64,000 bases of DNA from a virus: IMG/VR virus record IMGVR_UViG_3300032246_001783, positions 7,592 to 71,591 of that record; one strand, written 5' to 3'. The stretch's first letter is position 1, and every line of letters starts with the position of its first letter. The notes below the pieces were generated by a model, which saw nothing but the letters and a program-made list of their open reading frames with translations, was not told where the DNA came from and made no database searches. Made by a program: the position numbers and the translations under genes. Below, one piece after another: positions 17,547-25,849 of this stretch.

Positions 17547-17899
17547 TTTTGACTATCACCCTTGGCCACTCGATAATTGTCTTCTACGCTGTCAGGAGTG
17601 CTAACTTCAATAATTGTACCTTCTACAAGACAGATAATCTGATGAGGAAACAAAGGTTCATTTCTCCAAGTATCGCCTGCTCTTAGAATACGACTATCTT
17701 GAGATGCATCTTTAGTATTAATCCATCGAACTTCAAATCTTCCATCGAGAACGTACCAAGTTTCATCTTTTTCTGCGTGAAAGTGCATACTAAATCGAGC
17801 ACCGGTGTTAAACTTTAGCAGTTTTCCGCAATATTTTTCATTAGTAGCCCAAATTAGTTCGTGTCCCCAGCCCTTCTCTACAAACCCCTCTAATCTCAT
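17543..17899 (-). CDS. cupin, mannose-6-phosphate isomerase-like
   Basis: KGWGHE, SMHFHAEKDETW, H, EVST motifs. Confidence 0.8.
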   Translation of the reverse strand: MRLEGFVEKGWGHELIWATNEKYCGKLLKFNTGARFSMHFHAEKDETWYVLDGRFEVRWINTKDASQDSRILRAGDTWRNEPLFPHQIICLVEGTIIEVSTPDSVEDNYRVAKGDSQK

Positions 17900-17913
17900 A
17901 ATTTTCCTTCAAA

Positions 17914-18132
17914 CTAACAAAAGGTCAATATAAATATCATTTCTTTTTTCTTATCACTGATGTTTACTGACCAATAATCTTTTATTAAATGTCCTTTAGG
18001 ATTATAATCTGTTCCGGCACTTACAACCCAACCTTCTCCGATTATACTGATCCAATCGTCTTTGATTTTTGGTCCAACATTTTTTGTTAACCAATTGATT
18101 ATTAATTCAAAGTCTTGTTCAACCCTTATCAT
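17914..18132 (-). CDS. hypothetical protein
   Basis: 72-aa ORF within the operon. Confidence 0.55.
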   Translation of the reverse strand: MIRVEQDFELIINWLTKNVGPKIKDDWISIIGEGWVVSAGTDYNPKGHLIKDYWSVNISDKKKEMIFILTFC

Positions 18133-18211
18133 TTATTATTTTCAATATAAATCCCGTACTTATAATAGTACACTTTTTCACTATACCATTTCCACCAACT
18201 AAAGATTTTTT

Positions 18212-18928
18212 TCATTTTATATTAATCTCTTTTAAAATTTCTAGCACTAGGGCTACATCAGCAGGAAATTCTTTAAACTTCTTCAACCAATATTTAACAT
18301 CAAAGGCCGGAGCAATCAAAGAGAGTTGTTCATCACTCATTTTGTCAATCATTATTTTTGCCTGATTACTATTAAGTATAACCCAGCAACTAATTTTTCC
18401 ATTTAAAATATCATGCACTGCACGATTGAGACTAACATAATCAAAATAGTGCTCGTATTGTGATTTGTGCTCTTCAGCCCACTCCATCATGGTTTGTATT
18501 GTTCTTTGCACCGCAGATTCAACCGGCTCAATTTTGATCATTTCGAAAAGATACTGTTCATACAGTTCATCCCTACACCAATGATCTAATTTAACACCAC
18601 TCTTGATTACATAGTCAACAAACCTATCAGGATATAATGGGTTAACATTATTAATAAAACTTCCGAATTTAACAAATGCATTATAATATGAACTATCTGC
18701 AAATTCGTCATAGGTTTTTTGTTTTTTAGATTTTTGAGTTAACTGCCAAAATCTATTAAATGCTAAAAAACCCGCTTGTACTCGTTTCTCGTCTTTTTGT
18801 AGTGCACGACGTTTTCTTTCGCACATGTGGCTAAATAAAGTACGAGAGGACATAAATTTTTTACGACAATGAACGCACTCATTCGGCTGATCTAACAATC
18901 CTACATCATAGTTTAGGGATTTCTTCAT
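18212..18928 (-). CDS. conserved protein with N-terminal zinc finger
   Basis: CVHC...HMC motif. Confidence 0.7.
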   Translation of the reverse strand: MKKSLNYDVGLLDQPNECVHCRKKFMSSRTLFSHMCERKRRALQKDEKRVQAGFLAFNRFWQLTQKSKKQKTYDEFADSSYYNAFVKFGSFINNVNPLYPDRFVDYVIKSGVKLDHWCRDELYEQYLFEMIKIEPVESAVQRTIQTMMEWAEEHKSQYEHYFDYVSLNRAVHDILNGKISCWVILNSNQAKIMIDKMSDEQLSLIAPAFDVKYWLKKFKEFPADVALVLEILKEINIK

Positions 18929-18951
18929 TTAAACTAAAACAATTAATTTAA

Positions 18952-19239
18952 TCATTCTGCAGGTTCGTAAGTTGCTTCAAAAATATCTGGCTTACAGGCA
19001 TAGAATTCGCCCTGTACGCCTTTGATAATCCAATCGCCCTCTGTGGCAATATGTTTTACTGTTAAGTGGACGCCATCTTCTAGTGTGCCAATTTCTGCTT
19101 CGCCCTTGGCAGTAGGATGGCGAGCTTTACTAAAATTGCCCAATGCCTTGCCGCAAAATTGCTGAAGTTCATAAATGCCACGTTCACTATATTCAAATTG
19201 AATTGCCTCAATTACCACTGGCTTTTTTCTAAATTTCAT
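18952..19239 (-). CDS. conserved phage protein
   Basis: MKFRKKPVVIEA...GDWIIKGVQGEFYACKPDIFEATYE family. Confidence 0.8.
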   Translation of the reverse strand: MKFRKKPVVIEAIQFEYSERGIYELQQFCGKALGNFSKARHPTAKGEAEIGTLEDGVHLTVKHIATEGDWIIKGVQGEFYACKPDIFEATYEPAE

Positions 19240-19700
19240 TCATATTCCTTACGTTGTGCTTTATCAAATCCCATATTATCAAAAAGATCTTCAATATCTT
19301 TTTTTGACATTGTGCTGGCTAAAAATTTTACATCTTCCATTTTCATAGCAGGATAAATTTCTGCCAAAAGTTTTTCAATTTTGTTCGCCTTCTGTTTTTT
19401 TCCCGATGCCAGATATGGATGATAAACCGGAATCCCAGCACCGATACCAGCAAATAATTTCCAAAGAAGTGCTTTGTGATTTTTACTCAATACCCAATGA
19501 TCTTTATTGACTAGTTCGTTAGTTTGCTCAAGAAACCATTCTTGTAGTTCGCGATCTCCTTGTACATTCGAAGTATATCTCATCAAGATATAAGGGCTAA
19601 ATGCTTTTTTTTCTTCGTCGGTGAGATTTTCATAAAAGTCATATTCGCGAGCATCTACTGCTTTCAGTTCACGTTTAATGTCTAATTTTGCAGCAGCCAT
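19236..19700 (-). CDS. putative clamp-loader small subunit (gp62-like)
   Basis: FSPYILMRY segment, size, and location in the replication cluster. Confidence 0.45.
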   Translation of the reverse strand: MAAAKLDIKRELKAVDAREYDFYENLTDEEKKAFSPYILMRYTSNVQGDRELQEWFLEQTNELVNKDHWVLSKNHKALLWKLFAGIGAGIPVYHPYLASGKKQKANKIEKLLAEIYPAMKMEDVKFLASTMSKKDIEDLFDNMGFDKAQRKEYE

Positions 19701-19702
19701 TA

Positions 19703-20206
19703 TTACCAAGCCTTAGTATAATCAATCAATTCATTTTGTCTACTAACTTCTTTGACAAAATATGCACATGTGGGTTTGTCCCCTGAATGTAACGGTGTGC
19801 ATAAAAGTTGTCCCGGTTTCATTTTTGGAAAATACCATTTAACATCTTGATAAACATCTATGATATCGATGTCCAAGAATTCCGGTTTAAAACTTGACAA
19901 TGGATTAAAACAGAAAGTTCGAAAACCCCGATCATTGAGACTGGTTAGGGGTAGGACTTCCATTTCCGGTCCTTCAGGATCTCCTACTACAGTACACCAA
20001 TCAAGCGGCATGGAAATTTCGTATTCGCCAATTTTTAATACCGCAGCCGGGCCAGTGAAACTTTCTAAGAAAATTAAGGGAATAAAAAAGTAGTCTGGAT
20101 TTTGATGGTCACTATTATCCAATATAGAGAATCTAAAATCTTCGTCGATCTCCTCTGGAAGGTCATTAAGATAGAATGTCGTGTTCTCTAGAGTTAAAAT
20201 TTGCAT
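19703..20206 (-). CDS. conserved hypothetical protein
   Basis: 167-aa ORF, AAGG SD. Confidence 0.7.
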   Translation of the reverse strand: MQILTLENTTFYLNDLPEEIDEDFRFSILDNSDHQNPDYFFIPLIFLESFTGPAAVLKIGEYEISMPLDWCTVVGDPEGPEMEVLPLTSLNDRGFRTFCFNPLSSFKPEFLDIDIIDVYQDVKWYFPKMKPGQLLCTPLHSGDKPTCAYFVKEVSRQNELIDYTKAW

Positions 20207-20287
20207 TAATACTTTACCTTTTCTTACAGAATTTTATATCATTATATGATACAGTTTCTTGATAAAAAATACAACGCTCTTGTATCA

Positions 20288-21742
20288 TTATTGATATTTT
20301 ACTTTCTGAATTGAGAAATCGTATTTGGCGTCTTTATAAAATTTCTTTCTATCAGTGAGGTGTCGTTTAGCATACTTAGTTGATGCAGTTAAGTCCCATA
20401 TCTGAACAAAGTCTTTATCGTCTGCCTTTCTAATTCCTCGTCCGATACTTTGAATTACTCTAACAAAACTTTTGCCGGCTTCAAGTAAAACTAAATTAAA
20501 AATTCTTGGGATATTAATTCCCACTGCAGCCACGCCATATGTAGCCACAATAATTTTGTTGTCAGCCGTTTTAATTTCGTCGTATTCTTCTTTTCTATCT
20601 TTAGTTTTGACAGCACCCGAAATAAAAACGCTATCGGGAATTGCTTCAGTAATCAATCTTCCAGATTCAATCCTGTCTACTAATACCAAGGTGTTTCCTG
20701 AAAGAGAAATTTCTTTAATTAAATTAGAAATCCATGCCATCCGATCACTATCAGTGACTAAAAATTTTAATTCCTCGGCGTAACTACTAAATTCCTTCCA
20801 CTCGGCTGTTTGTACAACATTTACGTGGCATTCACTGAGTACGCCTTTTTCTTGAAGTTCATGTGCAGCCACTCGATTTACTACTTCTCCAAGACTAGCA
20901 CGTATAGTTTGAAATTCATGATCAGCTTTTGGCACAGTTCCAGTCAATCCCCATCTAATAGGAGCGTGACAAATATTTTGAGTCAACAATTTTTTAAGAA
21001 CATCTGCCTTGGCCATATGTACCTCATCTACCATTACGGTCTGAACTCCGTCGAGGAATTCTGCTAGAGACAAAGTATCAGAATCATCATGGGATTTTTT
21101 CTCTAAAATATTCAAACTTTGCCATGTACAAATAATATGAGTAGACCCTAGTTCTTTTCTGTCCCCATAATATACTCCGACGTCTAAACCCACATTGATA
21201 AAATCTTCTTCTGTTTGCTCAACTAAACTTTTATTGGGAACAATGGTTATCGTTCGACCATATTTTTCACAAATTTTTGCCAAAGTAGCAGTAGTAATAG
21301 TCTTTCCGAATCCGGTAGCAATTTCTTGTATACATTGAGGATTTTCTAAAAATTTATTGATCACTTCAACTTGATCATCTCGTAGTCTAATTGGTTGGCC
21401 AGCAAATCGATGTCCTTGTGGCCAGCAATTTTCTCCCCAAAAATCCTCCGAAATTTTAGGAAATTTCAAATTTGTAGGATTTCTAAGATCTTCTAATTCA
21501 ATATAATAATTTTTGCTTTCTAAAAAATCTAAAACTTGTGGTAGCATGGACAAGTACGTAGTTCCACCGATGCCAAAAAAACTCACAGTACCATCCCAAC
21601 GACCTAATTTATACGCAGGGCGGTATCTTGCAGTAGGATCCTCGTACTTAAATTTCTTTACCAAGGCTTTCCTTGCATCAAGATCTAAATTTGATATTTT
21701 TACATTAACTTCGTCGAGTATGGTAATCTTACAAGAAGGCAA
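20288..21742 (-). CDS. uvsW: SF2 DNA helicase UvsW-like
   Basis: ATGFGKT, DEVH, TGT and QSIGRGIR motifs. Confidence 0.88.
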   Translation of the reverse strand: MPSCKITILDEVNVKISNLDLDARKALVKKFKYEDPTARYRPAYKLGRWDGTVSFFGIGGTTYLSMLPQVLDFLESKNYYIELEDLRNPTNLKFPKISEDFWGENCWPQGHRFAGQPIRLRDDQVEVINKFLENPQCIQEIATGFGKTITTATLAKICEKYGRTITIVPNKSLVEQTEEDFINVGLDVGVYYGDRKELGSTHIICTWQSLNILEKKSHDDSDTLSLAEFLDGVQTVMVDEVHMAKADVLKKLLTQNICHAPIRWGLTGTVPKADHEFQTIRASLGEVVNRVAAHELQEKGVLSECHVNVVQTAEWKEFSSYAEELKFLVTDSDRMAWISNLIKEISLSGNTLVLVDRIESGRLITEAIPDSVFISGAVKTKDRKEEYDEIKTADNKIIVATYGVAAVGINIPRIFNLVLLEAGKSFVRVIQSIGRGIRKADDKDFVQIWDLTASTKYAKRHLTDRKKFYKDAKYDFSIQKVKYQ

Positions 21743-22907
21743 AATCCGTTTCCTTTTGTGATTTTTTTGCTAGTACATGGATCACATCATGATGCCATTT
21801 GATATAATCTCTTAGTTGGTAATGAATATTATAAAAATTAAAATTGATAATACAATTAAAATAAATTTTTGATTCAAATACTGACTTACGAATCTTATTG
21901 CTGACAAAGACTGCTTTGGTATCTTGAGTTATCGGAGAATTAAGTTTATTATTTTTCACAAATTCATTAAATTCCGGACCTTTCTCGGTACCGACTCGAA
22001 AAAGAACACTTACTTCTTTATTAGAAACACCAATTGAATTTAAAAAGTCTAAAGTTACCGATACCTTCTCTAATTCTGTACCCCCAGGAATAACAAATAA
22101 TGCCGGTGACATATATTTTATAATGTCTTCAAGTGAATATAACGTATGCTCTTCTAAATTAATAGAAAAAGTTTCACTGGTACCAGATTTTAAAAATTTA
22201 ATAGTGGTGTCATTTAATTGAGATTGGGAAATTTCTTCTTCAATTTGAGAATCCCAAATAGTAATTCCTGCTTTTCTTGCAGAAAATAGTGCCTCAACTA
22301 AATTTTCTGTATTCAAAGTAGGAACATGTTCGTTGACATTTGCAAATTGAAAAGTTTTTCCATTTTTTACCAGCATAGGTGCACAATTTTCAGCATTTTT
22401 TATAATTTCGAATAATTGGTCGCTGTATTTTAGAAATGCAGGGTCGGCTTCAAATCCGTAACTATCTATAAGCCCGGCTAAAAACCTAATAGATGTTTCA
22501 TTAATGGAAAATAGCCAAGATTTAGTGTCTTTATCCCATACCGCATGAGTTAAATTCGGTTGAGTGCTTCTAATTTTAAGTAAAATCTCTTCGTTATAAG
22601 GAAATTCCACTTTAAAAATTTTTCCAAAAGTTAAATCTGAAGAAATTGAGATTTTTTTAGAGACAGCGGGCGTTCGAAGAGGAATTTTATACTTGGGATT
22701 ATTAATATAACTACTAAAATCCTTACCTGTGGCTATATTTAATTTAGTTACTTGCTTTTTTAAAATAGTTCCAATTATTTTGGCCTGTTTTTCAGTAAGT
22801 GCATTTCCTTTAACAATTTGATCACGAAAACTGTTCATCAGTTTAGAATCCCAGGCATTCATTTTGATTGTTTGAACTAACAATATTACAATATCTTCAA
22901 TAAACAT
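21729..22907 (-). CDS. hypothetical protein with a HARP-like segment
   Basis: FPYNEEILLKIR...WDKDTKSW pattern; overlaps uvsW. Confidence 0.6.
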   Translation of the reverse strand: MFIEDIVILLVQTIKMNAWDSKLMNSFRDQIVKGNALTEKQAKIIGTILKKQVTKLNIATGKDFSSYINNPKYKIPLRTPAVSKKISISSDLTFGKIFKVEFPYNEEILLKIRSTQPNLTHAVWDKDTKSWLFSINETSIRFLAGLIDSYGFEADPAFLKYSDQLFEIIKNAENCAPMLVKNGKTFQFANVNEHVPTLNTENLVEALFSARKAGITIWDSQIEEEISQSQLNDTTIKFLKSGTSETFSINLEEHTLYSLEDIIKYMSPALFVIPGGTELEKVSVTLDFLNSIGVSNKEVSVLFRVGTEKGPEFNEFVKNNKLNSPITQDTKAVFVSNKIRKSVFESKIYFNCIINFNFYNIHYQLRDYIKWHHDVIHVLAKKSQKETDFAFL

Positions 22908-22950
22908 AGTTAAGTTTACTATAAATTTGAAAAAAATTAAAAAATCTGAA

Positions 22951-23406
22951 TTACAGTGTAATATCTTCTAGACCAGCAGCCCTAAGTTTGATAATATTAC
23001 TCAACTGCCATTGTTTAATGTCCAATGCCTTAATAATCCCTAGCCATTGATTACGCAGCATAGCAAATTCATTGATAATTTTTTCCATGTCAACAACATC
23101 TGCTTCGCCGTCGACATATTTTTCAACATCGCGACTGCTCAATGCCCTTTGATAATTTTCTAGATACTTTTTAAAAGTTTTACTACGAATTTTTCGTAGA
23201 TCAATGTTTAAGCATTCTAGTATTGCCTCGATCTCTTGAAGTTGATTAAATCGATGCTCTACAATACCGGGCAAAAGTGCTGAGGCCTTTTCAACATTTC
23301 CATGTATACGGGCCTCAGCTCTTGCAGTATCTAGTTCTTTATAAAAGTATTCTATGCAGTCGGGCAAGTTATTCAAATCCTTGCTAACCTTAGAATACCA
23401 AGACAT
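22951..23406 (-). CDS. uvsY: recombination mediator UvsY-like
   Basis: Helical 151 aa; KYVDGE...KQWQLSNIIKLRAAG; near uvsX. Confidence 0.7.
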   Translation of the reverse strand: MSWYSKVSKDLNNLPDCIEYFYKELDTARAEARIHGNVEKASALLPGIVEHRFNQLQEIEAILECLNIDLRKIRSKTFKKYLENYQRALSSRDVEKYVDGEADVVDMEKIINEFAMLRNQWLGIIKALDIKQWQLSNIIKLRAAGLEDITL

Positions 23407-23663
23407 TAGTAGTCCTCGTCTTCCTCAAAATCGAGGTCGTCCTCGTCATCTTCGTCATCAATAATTTCTTTATACGCCGACAACACGAGTTCGATAGCAG
23501 AATCTAAATGAGGATCATAGCCTAGCAGGCCTTCAAAAGTGTCTAGATCAACATCTTGGTTTTCTAGGAAATCAATAAATTGACTTGCGGCAACATCTCG
23601 ATTTTTTTCCAAAATATATTCTTTAAAAACTTCCCAAATTTCAATGATTAATTGTTCATCCAT
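23406..23663 (-). CDS. acidic hypothetical protein
   Basis: 85 aa with a D/E-rich tail; coupled to its neighbours. Confidence 0.7.
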   Translation of the reverse strand: MDEQLIIEIWEVFKEYILEKNRDVAASQFIDFLENQDVDLDTFEGLLGYDPHLDSAIELVLSAYKEIIDDEDDEDDLDFEEDEDY

Positions 23664-24721
23664 TATGCATCCCCTGATTCAATGACTTCTGTGATAGGTT
23701 GATTAAAAACAGACTCGTCCCACTCTTGCATGATCTGCATGAGTTTTTCTTCAGTCCAATTTTTGCGAAACTCGGCAACTATCTCTCCAGTTTGTTTACT
23801 GGTATATGCTAATTTATTGCCTACTTTAGATAGTACATTCATCTTCTCAAACATGTCAACCAATCCAGAGGTCGGAGCCATGCCAGTGGAGTAAGGAATT
23901 TTGACCTGCACTGATTCGAAAGGTTTTGCATAACGAGTTTTCATGATCTTACAGGCACTTCGAATACCCAATACATCACTGACCTTGTTACCGTCCTCAT
24001 CCTCTTTGAGTTTGAGTTTCTTCATAGCAACTACAATACTGGATGCATACACAAATCCTTGCCCGCCACTAATCTTGTCATCTGGATCAAACATGTCTTG
24101 ACTTGCGTATGTGTGATTGGTACATACCAAACCGACATTATAAGATCCGAACATATTTACACAGTTACGAACTAACGCAGTTAGTGCCTTAGGCTTACGA
24201 CCCATGTCACCTTTGAGATCGCCTGCTTCAAATTGATTAAGATCAGTTGGCGTTAGTAGCATACCAAGACTATCAATCACAAACAATACCTTAGGACGTT
24301 CCTCATGTGGCATTGATTTGTATTCTTTCATAAATTCTGAAATAGTTTTAGCCACATCATCAATCATGGCCATATTCAATTTCAGGAGTTTATCTTCCGA
24401 TGTGTCTACTCCTAGAGCATGTAGCCATGATTCATCTAGCGCATTTTCTGAGTCAACAAGGATAACATAAATTCCCTGTTCCTGTGCATGTCGAATAATA
24501 TTACCGGAACAAATATAACTTTTTCCAGCACCACTTTCTCCAGCAAACACAGTTACCTTGCCAAGAGGCACTCCTTTAAAGAAATCCCCCGAAATAAGAT
24601 AATTCAATGCATAATTGCCAGTACTGATCCAGTCAGTAGGATCATTAAATCCTACTCCAAGTCCATCAATGCTTTTAGTTAAAGATTTGCGGAACTTGGA
24701 GATATCAAATGCCTTCCCCAT
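23663..24721 (-). CDS. uvsX: RecA-like recombinase UvsX
   Basis: GESGAGKS, DSE, IDSLG and SGG motifs. Confidence 0.92.
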   Translation of the reverse strand: MGKAFDISKFRKSLTKSIDGLGVGFNDPTDWISTGNYALNYLISGDFFKGVPLGKVTVFAGESGAGKSYICSGNIIRHAQEQGIYVILVDSENALDESWLHALGVDTSEDKLLKLNMAMIDDVAKTISEFMKEYKSMPHEERPKVLFVIDSLGMLLTPTDLNQFEAGDLKGDMGRKPKALTALVRNCVNMFGSYNVGLVCTNHTYASQDMFDPDDKISGGQGFVYASSIVVAMKKLKLKEDEDGNKVSDVLGIRSACKIMKTRYAKPFESVQVKIPYSTGMAPTSGLVDMFEKMNVLSKVGNKLAYTSKQTGEIVAEFRKNWTEEKLMQIMQEWDESVFNQPITEVIESGDA

Positions 24722-24732
24722 CTTTTATCTCC

Positions 24733-25716
24733 TTATTCTTTGTTTCGGTTACGAATCATTGCAATGATATCGGCTGCACGACTGCCGGCTCCAGAACCTG
24801 CAGATGTTTCTGCATCGTCCTTGGATAAAACTTTAACAGGTGCAGCACTTTCAAAAGGGACGTCATCTTCCTCAATCGCCGGAGCAGAGGGAGCAGCAGA
24901 TTTTGCTGTAGGAGCAGACTCGGCTCGATCTCCACCGAATCCCCTAGGTTTGAAATATTGTCCCCAGCGATTCATATCAAACGCATCACCGTCGACACTG
25001 GCTTCGAACATTTCTTTCATTACTTTAAGTTCCACATCTGTAGGTTTCTTAGGAAGAAAATCTTTAAGATTAAAGAGACCATATTGTTCAATTGCAGCCT
25101 TTTCAGCGTCACTAAGAGCACGTTCACGACGTGACCAATTGCTGGTCGTATAGTCAGCATAACCACCTTTGGATGTTTTAGCAATCTTAAAGTCCAGGCC
25201 ACGAACATAATCAGTTGGCAGTTCTTCGATTTCACTATCCATTAGAGCATTTTTAACAATGTTAAAAATTTGACTGCTCATAATAAATCGACGAATTGGA
25301 TTATCCGGAGTACGATCTTCTTGATATTTTGAATCAACTACAAACCCTTGGAAAAGATAACTTTTCTTTTTCCAATACTTACGACCCATTTCTTCAAGAC
25401 TCTTATCCTTAAACCAAGGTCGAACTTCAGTAAGAATTGGACAAGATTCTCCCCACATCTCCATACATGGAACTTGCAATGTCACAGGCTTAGAACCAGT
25501 ATCTCCTTTTACACCAGCAAAAGGTAGATTGATCATTGCACGCTCAATCCAGAAAAAAGTGTTATTTGGATCTGCATCCGGAAGGAATCGAATTGTTGCT
25601 GTTTGTCCTTCTGCGATGTTCCAATGTGCGAAAATCGCATTGTCACCGCTTTGATTGCCTGCACCTTGTTGTGCAGATTGTTGAAGTTTTGCTCGAATTT
25701 CAGCCAAGGTTGCCAT
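24733..25716 (-). CDS. single-stranded DNA-binding protein (gp32-like)
   Basis: IRFLPD, CPI, G.DFKIAK..KGGYADY, acidic tail; AAGGAG SD. Confidence 0.85.
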   Translation of the reverse strand: MATLAEIRAKLQQSAQQGAGNQSGDNAIFAHWNIAEGQTATIRFLPDADPNNTFFWIERAMINLPFAGVKGDTGSKPVTLQVPCMEMWGESCPILTEVRPWFKDKSLEEMGRKYWKKKSYLFQGFVVDSKYQEDRTPDNPIRRFIMSSQIFNIVKNALMDSEIEELPTDYVRGLDFKIAKTSKGGYADYTTSNWSRRERALSDAEKAAIEQYGLFNLKDFLPKKPTDVELKVMKEMFEASVDGDAFDMNRWGQYFKPRGFGGDRAESAPTAKSAAPSAPAIEEDDVPFESAAPVKVLSKDDAETSAGSGAGSRAADIIAMIRNRNKE

Positions 25717-25784
25717 AATGTTTTCTCCTTAATGTAGTTGCCTTGATGATATGCCATTCCTTTCTAGCCCACTGACTAAAAAGA

Positions 25785-25832
25785 AAAACTGTGCATAGCG
25801 TTAACTATACACAGTTTTATTTATCTCTGCAA
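25785..25832 (-). promoter_or_regulatory. overlapping hairpin/terminator, sigma70 promoter and late motif upstream of the SSB gene
   Basis: Inverted repeat 25785-25818; TTGCAG-17-TATAGT with ATAAATA in the spacer. Confidence 0.55.
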
Positions 25833-25849
25833 GAGTATTGATTAATTTA

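Noticed and set aside
15609-17899. Bacterial LPS-locus contamination or prophage-host junction
   Set aside because: The genes overlap phage genes on the same strand with matching composition, and there is no integrase, att site or host synteny.
18132-18215. Tiny ORF or gene remnant between two genes
   Set aside because: Too short, with no recognisable motif to support it.
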